Origin: Octopus sinensis | Taxonomy: Eukaryota | Direction of reading: 5' to 3' | Assembly: GCF_006345805.1 (NCBI RefSeq) | Contig: NC_043000.1 | Span: 97,588,001 to 97,652,000 of the forward strand | Length of the DNA stretch: 64,000 nucleotides | Part shown: positions 28,960 through 42,891 of the stretch, piece after piece | Position numbering within the stretch: the stretch's first letter is position 1 | Layout of the letters: the number at the start of each line of letters is the position of its first letter | Translations under genes and position numbers: made by a program | Notes under the pieces: generated by a model | The model's input: only the letters and a program-made list of their open reading frames with translations | What the model was told of the DNA's origin: nothing | The model's database searches: none

Positions 28960-29510
28960 TTCCTGTCGGAAGTCACCTGAGGACGTGGCATTGACAAGCC
29001 ACAAAAACGGCGAAATGTGCATTTTCCACTTTCGTTATCGCTTACGACACGAGTTTATTTCGCCTGGTTCTGAAGTATATGGTGATTTTTAGCACATGAA
29101 GTCTATAAGGGGATCTTTCCAGAGACGACCACTGCAGCCTCTGACTTTTCGACGATTTACATACGTCAAGTATGTCATATAAAGATTTTAATCTTGAGTC
29201 GCTTCTATTGCATAATTTGGATTTTATTCACCTTGCGAATCGTTTATTCACTGTTTCTTTATACTTCAAAGTGAATGAGATGGTTTCGTGATGGAACTGA
29301 TCCACGTGCGTTGCATTGTCGAGACGTAAAAATGGTGAAACGCGCAACTTTCACTCTCGCAGTTGCTTCTGGGACCATTTAATTTCGACTGTCTCTGAAG
29401 TATATTGAGGTTTTTAACACACTAAGATTATAAAGGGATATGTTCCCAGGCGACCACTGCAGCTTCTGACTTTTCAGGGATACACATACGTTCAGTATGT
29501 CATATAGATA
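28960..29510 (+). repeat. Decayed tandem pair (~325-bp period), homologous to 62560-63085
   Basis: Shared blocks TTGACAA..AAA.(C/T)GGCGAAATG, CTGAAGTATA, CTGCAGCTTCTG.CTTTT, AGTATGT.ATATA. Confidence 0.75.
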
Positions 29511-30612
29511 AAGTTATTCTATTTAGTCGGCAAGACTAAGCGTGACCAATAAATACATAGAAATAGGGAGAATATAGTAATGCTGATTGTGTATATTAAT
29601 AATATGGCTAGGAGAAAATACTTCGAGGGAAGGTTCAAGATAGCAAATACAAATACGGTGGAGTTGCATATATGTAATATAATGCATTGAAATACTCCGG
29701 TGAATGGAGATTATCCATGCAATTAATAAACAAAAGCTCTTCCAAGAAGTATTTAAAGTCTAAAAACAACAAAAGAGATAACTCAAATAAAATCAGTTGA
29801 CAGAAATTTTTTTACTATGTAAATAATGTAAATTTAAAAGTAAACTTTAAGAAGCAACTTCTAAAAGTTGATTATCCAACCAGACGTGTTATGATTTCCA
29901 CAATACAATATTCGAAGCGATGCAAATTCAAATGAGTTAGTTAATCTGGCTTAGAAAAAATTAAGATTTAATAAATTTATGATGTACAAAGTGTACTGTG
30001 TTACCATTATCCCTTTCATCCGATGTAGCTAACTTCATACAAAATAAGTGCGTGTGTCCAATTTACTTGCTTCATTGATTGACTGCTCGCTTGTCTACTT
30101 TAGTCTCTCACTAACTCTCGTTAAAACTAGAGAACTCTTGTCATGCATGGGCACCATTTTTCCAAATTTGCTCTTTTAAGTAAACTGTTGCGTTTAGCTC
30201 TAGATCAGCTCTGATCGAGCAGTCATACGATCAAAGGTATTCTAGCTATGGCCACCTCGTCTTTTTAGAAGGATATCTTGGACTATGATAACAAACATGT
30301 TCATTTTTTCCCAGACCAGCAGGTTGAGATAGGGAAGAAATTTAGCTGTTGTTTCTAACTAGTTCACCAACCACGTAGTGGCCTCTTGTTAGTTCGCGAG
30401 TTATTTAAACAGATGCTTGCTAGACTACATGTTATATGAAAAACGAAATCGGTTACACGAAAACTGCGAGAAGAAAGTGCATTTTATAAAGAAAACAAAC
30501 TATCATAGAAATACCTATGTGTGTGTGTGTTTATGTATATTATACCCATGTATATATGGATATATATGTACGTGCGTGTATATATGTATATATATATATG
30601 TGTGTGTGTGTG

Positions 30613-30643
<31 letters not shown>

Positions 30644-31286
30644 TGTGTGTGTATGTATGTATATATAATTACACGCATACATATAGAAATACATAATGAA
30701 CTAGCACCCCCCCCCCACACACACACATTACTAAGATTCCTTTCCGATACTGGTAACTAACAGTAACATAAGTAAATTACTTATGTACATATAATTATCA
30801 GAACTGAAAGACACATTCTCTATCTCTTAAAAGGGGAAATAACTACTTCCGGAAAAAAAGAAAAATACTGGCAAATGAAACAACAACGTTATTGATAGAA
30901 AATAACTCACAGTCCGCATCAGAAGAACTAAGCGTATGAAGATGCGTGTCGCCATACATAATCATCTGATTTTTTACTCTTAGCAGAAGAATGGAAAGAA
31001 TCTATCATAGAATGAGATAATGGCAACAGTACATCAGATATTGGTTTGTTTGCAACAAATATGACTTTGGGACTTTGCCAATGTGAAAAATGATTTTACT
31101 GATGACGAAAAGCGTCTCAATTTATAAATTGGTTTCGGTATTTGTCTTTCGACCTATTTTCTACATCTGTACGTCTTTAGAATGTTTTTCAAAGGTTATG
31201 CATTAGCAGTGGCGCCAATTTTTAATGTTGTGCACTCTCCCCATTGCATAAACTGATATTTCTAGCGGCAATTTTACGTCTCGTTT

Positions 31287-31350
<64 letters not shown>

Positions 31351-32015
31351 ATATATATATATATATATATATATATGAATATATATATATAGAGAGAGAG
31401 GGGAGGCAAAATAAGCTATATTAAATCTCTGAGCGAGATATATGTACGCATACACACAAACACATACACACACATTTATGTATGTATGTATGTATGTTTG
31501 AATGGCTGGATGGATGGATGGGTGGATGGATAGATAGATAGAGAGGAAAATAGATAGATGGAGAGAGAGAGGGGTAGATAGATAGATAGATAGATGTGCG
31601 ATTGATTTTGCGTATAACGATATACATACGTACGTACATGCATACATACATACATACATACATACATACATACATACATACATACATACATACATACATA
31701 CATACATACATACATGTGTGAGTATGTCTGTGTGTATGTGTGTCAAATATTAACTGAAGGACCACCCAATATCTTTCTTTAAGTGGGGTAAGATCTTTTC
31801 TGTTTGACTTACACATCCTGATTCTTTTAAAAGTTTCTACACATATGTAGCTTGGCAAGCTAATTACGAAAATCACAACCAATTTTATTTTACTTCGTCT
31901 TTTAGAAATAAATAGTTAAAATTTCTGAAACCGTTTACTGATGACAATATTTAAATAAAAGAAAATGTAAGAAAAATTAACGTTTGCAATGAAATTGTGC
32001 TATGCATTATAAATT

Positions 32016-32170
32016 CTAACCCTAAAGCTAAACCATAACTCTAACCCTGAATACTAAAATCCAACCACAACCCTAATCCTAATGATACACCATAAACTTT
32101 AATTCTAAACGGTAACCCTACCCCTAAACACTATTCTAAACTTAACCCTCAACTTTAACCCTAAACCTAA
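32016..32170. repeat. Degenerate (CCCTAA)n telomere-like tract
   Basis: CTAACCCTAA, CTAACCCTGA, AACCCTAATCCTAA, TTAACCCTAAACCTAA interspersed with variants. Confidence 0.7.
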
Positions 32171-33191
32171 AGTTTTCATTTTATTTCATTAGATTCTCTT
32201 TAGTTATTAAAACAATCATGGCGCCCCACCAAACAGCATCTCCATATAGCAAATAAAATTTACATTTTATGGGTAATAAAAGTTTTTTGATTGGCTAAAA
32301 TTACAAAGAATTTCAACTTCTAAAAGTTCGTAAGGTTTCTATTTTTAAAAAATGCATGATTTTTGTTAATAAGCATGAAAAACTAGATCTGTACAGAAAT
32401 GTTTTTTAAATCAGGCTCTCTCAAGTTAAACGGAAGAGACCCATAGAATGTCATATATAATATATTTTAGACAGTCTAACGAAGGCGACCACACAGACCA
32501 AACTTCGAAGCCCTTTCTCTTTTAACTCCCCCACTCACACAGACACACACCAGAAATGTGTCCGCTGTTTTGGCAAGGTAGGCAGTGCCTGAACAAACCA
32601 AAATTAATATAATCATGATTAAATAGAGAAGTACATGTTTTCATTTCATGCTAAAAATATTAATTTAATTCGGTGTAGAATTCATTAAATCATAAATATT
32701 TGATGCTGTAGAGGTATGGCACATTTTCCAATACTTTTCAACTTCTCTCTGTGTTCTAACTCGTGACGACGTACTGTGAGTTCATCTTCTAAAAGTGCTT
32801 CTAATATTATGACGCAGAGACAGAAATCATTCTACCTTTCAGTTTCAACTTCGAGTGAAGGATATGAGCGCGTAAGTTAGTTTCAACGTTTGTCTCTGTA
32901 CATTGAGCTGCTACTTTGCAGAAATATTTTATTTCAAGTTAGTGTATAAAATAGTAATAATGAATATATTATCGGCAAAAGGCTTCCGTTCTCGTCACAG
33001 TCAATGATCTAGTAAAGCGAAACTTCTAAGTGACTGTCACCTATTATGGTTTGGAATATGTTAATTAAACATTATGTGTTGGTGGGGTTGTATAAGTTAC
33101 GTATATTATAGAGTTTATATTTGTTTGCATGCGTACTTAGTTACTATTCTATTCTTATAGATACTTATACATATATACATATATTATATAT

Positions 33192-33227
<36 letters not shown>

Positions 33228-33788
33228 CATACATACTTGCATACATACATATATGCGTATACATATGTATATTTATGTATATACGTAAGAATATATATAT
33301 GCATATGGAGGGATGGATGGATGTGTAACCTAACTGTGAAATTAAACAAAGTGGTTACACAACAGTCTTTATTTCTCGATGTATAGAAAAAAGGGATCGA
33401 TCTGATCAGTTACTAATCTTGTTAGATCTTCGTCAAACAAAGAATAGCCATGATCCTTTCACGGACAGATTTAGTCGCATATGGTTATTATAATTATAGT
33501 TTTGTATAGACTTTGACACTGTTAAGGAAAATACCATCGAACTATACCATCTTTAAACTTAAGCGGCACTCACCTAGAGCCATATCAGTCGCTCCAAATG
33601 TTAAATTTCGCTATCACCGAGGACCACACCTAGCGAAGGCACATCCTTTCCATAGCTAGGATTGATTATCAAAGACTATCTCTTTGCTCTGAGTCCTGAA
33701 GACACACAACAAATTTCAAGTAAGGCCTATTATAGAATACTGACTCTATATGGCTGATCTCGTACCTCTACCATTCAGACACTCGGTC

Positions 33789-34190
33789 CAGCTCTGGATT
33801 CACCATTAAGCAAAATAATCAAGGGAAGAGGGCATCACAAAAATAGTAAACGGTTTACGGCACCAAAGAAACCATTCTAAGCTTGCTAAAATAATATTTG
33901 AAGTAGTTTATATGATCGGAAATATAACAGATGTATTACATAAGATTGATTTTGAGGATCTGATCAAAGACTTTGCTATTTAAAAGAAGATGGGAGAAAG
34001 CTTTTCAAATATAAATAAAGTAGAAATATACGAAAATAAACATTTATTTTCTGTCTTAGTTTTGTTTCATTTTGCAAAAATAAAATTCAGCTTATTGTTT
34101 ATTACTGTTTATTTTTTTTAATTTCATGTATATGGGTGCACCAAAATCTTTTAAGTGTTTAGGGTCTCAATGGGTCTTAAACCAGCCTTG
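33789..34190 (+). mobile_element. hAT non-autonomous element
   Basis: 8-bp TSD ACTCGGTC / ACTCCGTC (7 of 8 match); degenerate CAG..G TIRs; internal remnant LHKIDFEDLIKDFA resembles a hAT transposase C-terminus. Confidence 0.7.
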
Positions 34191-34305
34191 ACTCCGTCCT
34201 ACACATCTCTACGCTATTCGTCACCTTTGGCACAGCCAACCACCCTTTTCTTAGCACTAACCTTTATGTCTAGTCCTTTATTCCCAGAACATCGACGTTC
34301 AAGTG

Positions 34306-34830
34306 CAGTGTTTCTCAACCATTTTTTTTTTTACTTGTGAACCCTTTTGATGAGCTGTTGTATAGTGAAACTCTAACCTCTCCCGGTAATAAATCAGTAG
34401 CCTATCGTCAAGAGAGGGTCGAGTGTCGAAGAACTGAGAGTCGACAGTTCTGGTTGGTGTCTTGTGGAGCTATCAGCGACAGTAAGACAGAAGTTAGTGT
34501 ATTACAATTCCGGTAAGAAGAGATACAATGGTATCCGATGACTAGTAACTATTGTGGTTACTAGTGTAAAACAGCAACTACAGTACAACGGCAGTCACAC
34601 ATGACATCAGTAAGAGGAGCCCACTTTACAACATGCACCCGCCTAGCCATTTGATGATTAAAAAAAACTATATTGTAATTTATATGATTAAATATTATTA
34701 GGAACTGCATAAAAATTATTAAGATATTCTGTGTATTGTAGAAGTATAATAAATCTATTGCAAGTAATTTTAATAACAAAATCTTATATGGACCTTCAAG
34801 GCCCATGTGGACCCCGGTTGATAACCACTG
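34306..34830. mobile_element. hAT (Charlie-like) MITE with nested insertion
   Basis: Termini CAGTGTTTCTCAACC ... GGTTGATAACCACTG; same family as 61012-61264. TSD not conserved. Confidence 0.65.
34356..34633. mobile_element. Probable solo LTR nested in the hAT MITE
   Basis: Bounded by the perfect inverted 7-mer TGTTGTA...TACAACA (TG..CA) with an internal AATAAA; TSD only 3 of 5 matching. Confidence 0.4.
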
Positions 34831-35483
34831 CTCTACAATTTCTTCGCCGCTCACGTCTTTCCCGTAGCTATTTACTTGCACAATAGTTTAAATGAAGCAT
34901 TAACGACATCGATCTCACTAGTCCCGAAGGGAGTAGAAGCGTCATGGGTCCTGGCTCTTCCTCTGAACTCAACAAGAAAAAAAAATCAGTTTAATTGACA
35001 TAATCGCACATGCACTGACAACGTAAATAACTGATTAATTAATAATGTATTGTATGAGATTATTCTGTTTTGTTTCGTTTTGTTTTTTTACGATTTGAAA
35101 TTTTAGGAAGAACTTTTAGATTTTTTCTATTAGTAAACATACAATTTTAGCCTTGCCAAAAGAAATAAACAAAGAGGTTACAACGTGTTGAGATAAAGAC
35201 TTATGGTATAACTACTTTGTTTATACAACGAGGCTAAAATTATATGCTAATTAAAAGAAAGAAATACTTTGCACACACATGTAAGCGTGGAAAGCATATT
35301 CATACACATGCATTCATATATTTATATACACATATATACACATGTAAATAAATATGCATATAAAACACACATTTATATATACATGAATATATAATGTAAA
35401 TACATATGCAGATATAAACGAATATGTATATACACCAACATATACATATATATATATATATATATATACATATACACACACAC

Positions 35484-35569
<86 letters not shown>

Positions 35570-35642
35570 TATGCAAATATACATGTGTATATATATATGC
35601 ATAATATACATGTATGTATATATATATATAATAATATATATA

Positions 35643-35684
<42 letters not shown>

Positions 35685-36086
35685 TATATATTATATATAT
35701 ACATATGTATATATATATGCATATATGACACACACACACACGCGGAATATTGATTTGTGCCGATGGTGAGATAGTTGCATGCATTTTGTTGTTCTTTTTT
35801 GTTTTACTATTTTTGTAGATGTTTGTGAATGTTTAATGAAATATAGTGTTTTAATATAGCGCTGCCGTTTAAAATATGGCATATACAGATACACACACAC
35901 ACACACACACTCACACACATACACATATAAAGTGATTACAATATTCTCAAGAATTTGGTCGATGTTACTTTATGCCTCAAGGCAGCAATTTTAATATTAC
36001 AAATAGTGTTGTTTATTTTTATTGTTACTATTATCTATTTTAGTTCGTTCCTTTTGTAGGAGTTTAGATTTGTCTGTATGAGTGCG

Positions 36087-36168
<82 letters not shown>

Positions 36169-36260
36169 TGTGTACTGAAATTACTTGATAAGAACTTTAC
36201 AAGACTACCGCTATTGCCGTCATACTTTATTTTCCAACATATTTCAATTACTAAAAATAA

Positions 36261-36291
<31 letters not shown>

Positions 36292-36764
36292 ACAAATAAG
36301 GTGGTACTGCTTTCATGCTTTTTGTTTGCTTGATTGATTGATTTATTAAGCGAGTTGATTAATGTCTGAAAGAGTGGCTGAACGTTTTATCATTAAAGCA
36401 TATCAGAAAACTGATATAAAACTTTCCCTTTTTCTATATTTTTTGCCTTTGTGTTAATGTATAAATTTATATAAAATTTTCAGTTCTTATATATTTTATA
36501 CCTTTGTGTTTCCTTTTACTAATTTTAGCCATCAGTTTGCGACCATGTTAGAGCACTGCCTTCACTGGTACTTGGTCAATTGTATGTTGTACTTATTTCG
36601 TTGGTCTTGCAAGATACGATATACAAAGTGGACAGTGGAGTAAAGAGAGAAAATTCTTTGGCTTGACATAATTACTGCAAAATATCTCTCTTCGAATGAA
36701 CAGGTTTTCATTCACCTCGCACATAAATATGGATAGATAGATAGATAGTTAGATAGATAGATAG

Positions 36765-36799
<35 letters not shown>

Positions 36800-36826
36800 T
36801 ATAGATAGATAGATAGATAGATAGAT

Positions 36827-36880
<54 letters not shown>

Positions 36881-37732
36881 TTTCCGTTAAACTTCACACG
36901 CAATACATAGATGTCTACTTTTTTGATTTATAGGTTTTAGTTTTAGATACATTCATCGTTCATCGATTATTCCTTCACAAATTGGCGGTGTTCTGCTTTT
37001 TAACACCATATGAAACGGTAGTAGATTCTTTATATGATAATACTTATAAAAAATTCTTTCTACCGACAAAAAAAATTCATCGTTTTTATACTGAATTTAC
37101 CAAATTACTATAGCAATTTAAAAATTTATTCTTTAAAATTTACTTTCTAATATAAAATGTACTCGCAATAACCTTTCTTTAAAAAAACTCATTTATTTAT
37201 TCTATTACTATAATAATTATGCTACGAAACATAAAATTTTTCATATATTTTAAGCCATAATACCTGAATTTCCAACGGTAAGATACTGGTGTTTTTTGTT
37301 TTGTTTTGTCCTTTTTTTAGAATGATTATTACTTCCCATATACTTTTGAAGTAACACGTTTGTCAAAGTAAAGTTGCATGGGAGCAAGAGAGTAATGATT
37401 TCATTTGAAATTTTTAACTGATATAATAATCAATAAATACTATCATAAATCCATATTTATTGTGTTTTATAAACAGCAAAGTAGGTAAGCGATGTTATCT
37501 CAGGACAAATACGGCAGTATCTAGCCTATCAACAGTGTATATATATTAAATATGGTACAAAGATGACTATCATGAATATTTTTAAAACGGCTAACGGAAT
37601 AATTTGCGCAAGATATCTTTAATTAAGCCCAGATGATTATTTTTGCTTTTCTTCGATAATTCATTATCCTTTCTCAATAACTTAAGTGTCGTTTTTAACT
37701 ACCTTATTCTACCTTTGACACTACTAATCTTT

Positions 37733-37786
<54 letters not shown>

Positions 37787-38411
37787 CAAACAACTTTTCA
37801 ATTAGCATAACTTTAAACTCATCATCACACTCTGGGCTCTCCTACAATGCTGAGTGTTCTCTCTGTTCCTACTCCGAGTTTCATGACTATCTCATATACA
37901 TACGTACATGCATACATACATACACACACACACACTCATACATATATATATATATATATATTAAGTATATGGTTTAACTTATTAAACACTGTTCAACAAA
38001 TTCATTCATACTTGTGTATACACACATATATATATACAAACATATTCAAACAACAATACTTATCCATTCAGGTACCTATACAGACCTTGATGTGTGTACG
38101 AATACACCCATATATACTAATACACAGTTATATACTTTTTATACATACAATACTCACACATATGTACACGTATGCTCGTAAATTAATGCTTATATGCCGG
38201 CCTAAAGGTATATATGCCCATACAAATGTACATACGTACATATATACATTATAAAAATTTCAAAAAATTATAAATAAATTAGTTTATGATTAGTGGATAG
38301 TATAACTGGATATTTAGGTGTATATATGTACACACACATACACACGCAATATAATATATATATATATATATATATACATTGTATACATATAAATACACAT
38401 ACATACACACA

Positions 38412-38452
<41 letters not shown>

Positions 38453-38474
38453 TATATATACATACATACATACA

Positions 38475-38505
<31 letters not shown>

Positions 38506-38506
38506 G

Positions 38507-39991
38507 CATGTGTTTACATGAAAAAAACTTTTTCATCCCTCGTATTAACTAGGTTCTCGTTTATATTCATTATTTTATAGTTTTCTTCTAGGCATAATCT
38601 ACAAAATTTATTGTTAATTTTGTAAGAAGGTGCATATGTTAAAATTTTCCATTTAATTATGAAATTAATATTGTTTTTTTTTTAAAGTCTAGTACTGTTC
38701 ATTTTGCTTTGGTCCCTAAATATCGATTCGTGGTTTGATCCAGTTTTGTGTACATCCGGTATAATGGTATTTTGAGGAATCCTGTGTTATGATTGTTGTT
38801 TGATATACTACATTTTTTATAATCTCTAACTTACATGCGTTTGGATCTCTACAATTACAATTATTGTGTATAGGTAATGGGGTGTTATTGTTCTTTGTTG
38901 ATTTATATAGGTTGTAGTTATTAGGAGTATTTATATTGTTATTTGTACCATTACGTTCTAATTTTTCATTATTTTTGTATGCTTTAGGTTCAGTTTGTGA
39001 TTTTTTTTATTTTCATAGAATATATCTAGTTTCCTATTACTAAATGAAGTTGTTATCTTGAAAAGGTTGGGAGAAACTGAAAATTCGAATCTGATATGTT
39101 TATTATTAAATATTTTTGCGTATCTAATGTTTTTAAAGATTTTTTATTAATAATCTTTCTAATAGATTTTATAAAGCTTGTCTTTAAATGTTTAGCGAAA
39201 GGTAATATTATCCATATGGTTTTATTTGGGTCTACCTTGGTTCAGCATTGATTTGTAGTCAGAATATCATTTTTTCTCACATATGGTATTGGTTTCTTTT
39301 TTACTATGTTTTTATTATCATTATTAATTTTCTGGCTATTCATATTTTTCTTTTTAGTTATCTTTGTTTTTATTCTTATCTTTTTCATATAGTTGTTATT
39401 TATGCAAGCATTATTTTGGGGGTTATTGTCATTAGTGTGATTAGAAGAGTGATAATAATTATTATGATTCGTGTTCTTATTTTTAATTTTGTTTCTGGTG
39501 TAATGTTCATCGTGATTTAGTTTAATGTTTTTATTATTATAATTGACCTGTTTAACATGTTTGTTATATTTATGGATAGTGTTGGGACTTTTCATTTTTG
39601 TCATTATGAGGGTATATTGTTTCTTTATAGGTGTCTAGGTCTCTTGTCATAACATTATTATTTATGTAATTATTTTTAATATGATTCTTAGTAGTGTTGC
39701 AGTTCCTATTGTACTTAATTTCATACTTATATGTTGCCTTCTTAAGTGCTATATTGTAACAGTCGTTGTGTTTATTAAATACTTCTTCGTTAGAAGATAG
39801 GTAATTGATTCTTCTCTCTATATTTGTACTAAGGTTTGCAATAATATTATGTGGATGGTTACTGTTTGCGTTTATATATCTAATGTTGGCGTTAGGTTTA
39901 TGATAAGGTTGGTAAATAGGTTGAAGTTAACGTCAATAAAGTTTACAGAGATGTTATCTTTTTCACTTGATATACACAGGCCTTGATAAAC
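38507..39991 (-). mobile_element. Penelope-like retroelement relic (RT thumb, linker, GIY-YIG endonuclease), 5'-truncated and frameshifted
   Basis: Hand translation across frames: VNFIDVNFNL, HKPNANIRYINANSNHPHNII, TIWIILPFAKHLKT, KIFNNKHIRF, CNCRDPNAC, NVVYQTTII...HYTGCT, IIKWKILTYAPSY...CRLCLEE, FSCKH. These match the RT C-terminus and GIY-YIG motifs of Penelope-like elements. Confidence 0.9.
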
Positions 39992-40059
39992 ATATATACA
40001 TACATATAGATACATATACATATATATACATATATATATATGTGGGGTGTGTATGTTAA

Positions 40060-40225
40060 TCCAGACACGTTTTTTTCTCACTGTCTGTTTTCTTTCCTCT
40101 CTCCATTATTTCTTTTCCTCATTCCTTTATGAGTGTAGGCTCGAAACCTCAAAGACTTCCTCCATTTTTCCTAAGCGTCAAATTAAACACCTTGTTTGTT
40201 GTTTTCAAACCTCTGTCTTTTATTT
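40060..40225 (+). repeat. Decayed copy of the pLTR-like repeat also at 52340-52540 (hammerhead core lost)
   Basis: GTAGGCTCGAAACCTCAAAGACTT matches GTAGGCTCGAAACGTAAAAGACTT at 52424; downstream GAGCG/AAGCG..TAATACA/TAAACAC..TTGTTTGTT also aligns. Lies inverted at the 5' end of the Penelope relic. Confidence 0.6.
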
Positions 40226-40400
40226 TGAGGTGTGGGTTGCACAATTTTCAACTATATATATAGGTGTGAGCGTGTGTGTGCCTTTGTCTTTAGTGCGTGT
40301 GCGCGCGTATGTTCCTTACCCATTCCAAGAGTTGCCGATTTTGACGATAATATATATATGTATATAACATACATATATATATATGTATGTATATACATAC

Positions 40401-40438
<38 letters not shown>

Positions 40439-40615
40439 AAAGGGCTTAGTAAAATAATTACTTTGCCGCATACTGAACTCGTTAGAAATAGCAGCTAAAA
40501 AAACTTTTTATAAAACTATTTCTAACACTTAAAGAAAACCTCTCTCATATAGTGTTTGCTCAATCAACAAGGAAGTATGGGGGTAGAGACATTAAAAAAT
40601 CAAATGCAAGGTTAT

Positions 40616-40668
40616 TGAGTACGTACGTTTCAAGATTAGTCAAAATCGACCCTTCTCTCATCAGCTCA
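40616..40668 (-). ncRNA. Type I hammerhead ribozyme, array copy 1
   Basis: Minus strand reads TGAG CTGATGA GAGA AGG GTCG ATTT TGAC TAA TCTT GAAA CGTACGT A CTCA: full CUGANGA and GAAA core, stems I/II/III, GUA cleavage triplet. Confidence 0.85.
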
Positions 40669-41164
40669 GAATGCCCTTGTTGAATCTGAAAACACTGAAA
40701 ATGGGAGCATACCCTTTCGGCTTGTTATCGCTTCTGAAGATCTGTTCCAAACTAACAGTGCCAACAAACTCAAATATGCAAGCGAAGAATTTCTGCTCTC
40801 CCCTTTCCCAGCGTGGGTTAAAATCAGCAACACTATGTTTTTTTTCGTAAAATCCGAGACATTAAGTAGAGAGAGATGAATTATAATTTCAACAATGAGG
40901 GTAAATTGTTATTAATTAATCAATTTCACCAGTATTCAGTATGCAAAGGGACCTTTAAGGCGAATTCAAATTATTACATTATATAAAAGGGCTTAGTAAA
41001 TAAATTACTTTGCCGCATACTGAACTCGTTAGAAATTCAGCTAAAAAACTTTTTATAAAACTATTTCTAACACTTAAAGAAAACCTCTCTCATATAGTGT
41101 TTGCTCAATTCAACTCAAGGAAGTATGGGGTAGAGACATTAAAAAATCAAATGCAAAGGTTATT

Positions 41165-41216
41165 TGAGTACGTACGTTTCAAGATTAGTCAAATCGACCC
41201 TTCTCTCATCAGCTCA
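41165..41216 (-). ncRNA. Type I hammerhead ribozyme, array copy 2
   Basis: Same motif with a 1-nt shorter loop II; core intact. Confidence 0.83.
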
Positions 41217-41718
41217 GAATGCCCTTGTTGAATCTGAAAACACTGAAAATGGGAGCATACCCTTCGGCTTGTTATCGCTTCTGAAGATCTGTTCCAACTA
41301 ACAGTGCCAACAAACTCAAATATGCAAGCGAAGAATTTCTGCTCTCCCCTTTCCACCAGCGTGGGTTAAAATCAGCAAACACTATGTTTTTTTCGGTAAA
41401 ATCCGAGACATTAAGTAGAGAGAGATGAATTATAATTTCAACAATTGAGGGTAAAATAATTAATTAATTAATCAATTTCACCAAGTATTCAGTATGCAAA
41501 GGGACCATTTAAGGCGAATTCAAATTATTACATTATAAAAAAGGGCTTAGTAAATAAATTACTTTACCGCATACTGACTCGTTAGAAATAGCAGCTAAAA
41601 AACTTTTTATAAAACTATTTCTAACACTTAAGAAAACCTCTCTCATATAGTGTTTGCTCAATTCAACTCAAGGAAGTATGGGGGTAGAGACATTAAAAAA
41701 TCAAATGCAAAGGTTATT

Positions 41719-41771
41719 TGAGTACGTACGTTTCAAGATTAGTCAAAATCGACCCTTCTCTCATCAGCTCA
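41719..41771 (-). ncRNA. Type I hammerhead ribozyme, array copy 3
   Basis: Identical to the copy 1 motif. Confidence 0.85.
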
Positions 41772-42279
41772 GAATGCCCTTGTTTGAATCTGAAAACACT
41801 GAAAATGGGAGATAACCCTTTCGGCTTGTATCGCTTCTGAAGATCTGTTCCAAACTAACAGTGCCAACAAACACAAATATGCAAGCGAAGAATTTCTGCT
41901 CTCCCCTTCCATTCCACCAGCGTGGGTTAAAATCAGCAAACACTATGTTTTTTTCGGTAAAATCCGAGACATTAAGTAGAGAGAGATGAATTATAATTTC
42001 AACAATTGAGGGTAAAATTAATTAATTAATTAATCAATTTCACCAAGTATTCAGTATGCAAAGGGACCATTTAAGGCGATTCAAATTATTACATTATATA
42101 AAAGGGCTTAGTAAAATAATTACTTTGCCGCATACTGAACTCGTTAGAAATAGCAGCTAAAAAAACTTTTTATAAAACTATTTCTAACACTTAAAGAAAA
42201 CCTCTCTCTATAGTGTTTGCTCAATTCAACTCAAGGAAGTATGGGGTAGAGACATTAAAAAATCAAATGCAAGGTTATT

Positions 42280-42332
42280 TGAGTACGTACGTTTCAAGAT
42301 TTGTCAAAATCGACCCTTCTCTCATCAGCTCA
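42280..42332 (-). ncRNA. Type I hammerhead ribozyme, array copy 4
   Basis: Same motif with one substitution in the stem II internal loop; core intact. Confidence 0.85.
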
Positions 42333-42838
42333 GAATGCCCTTGTTTGAATCTGAAAACACTGAAAATGGGAGCATACCCTTTCGGCTTGTTATCGCTTCT
42401 GAAGATCTGTTCCAAACTAACAGTGCCAACAAACTCAAATATGCAAGCGAAGAATTTCTGCTCTCCCCTTTCCACCAGCGTGGGTTAAAATCAGCAAACA
42501 CTATGTTTTTTTCGTAAAATCCGAGACATTAAGTAGAGAGAGATGAATTATAATTTCAACAATTGAGGGTAAAATTAATTAATTAATTAATCAATTTCAC
42601 CAAGTATTCAGTATGCAAAGGGACCATTAAGGCGAATTCAAATTATTACATTATATAAAAGGGCTTAGTAAAATAAATTACTTTGCCGCATACTGAACTC
42701 GTTAGAAATAGCAGCTAAAAAAACTTTTTATAAAACTATTTCTAACACTTAAGAAAACCTCTCTCATATAGTGTTTGCTCAATTCAACTCAAGGAAGTAT
42801 GGGGGTAGAGACATTAAAAATCAAATGCAAAGGTTATT

Positions 42839-42891
42839 TGAGTACGTACGTTTCAAGATTAGTCAAAATCGACCCTTCTCTCATCAGCTCA
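42839..42891 (-). ncRNA. Type I hammerhead ribozyme, array copy 5
   Basis: Identical to the copy 1 motif. Confidence 0.85.

Noticed and set aside
31095-31975. Isolated CTGATGA...GAAA matches (~31099, ~31947; CTGAAGA matches also at ~11813 and ~20430 minus)
   Set aside because: No stem II or stem I pairing; expected by chance in AT-rich DNA.
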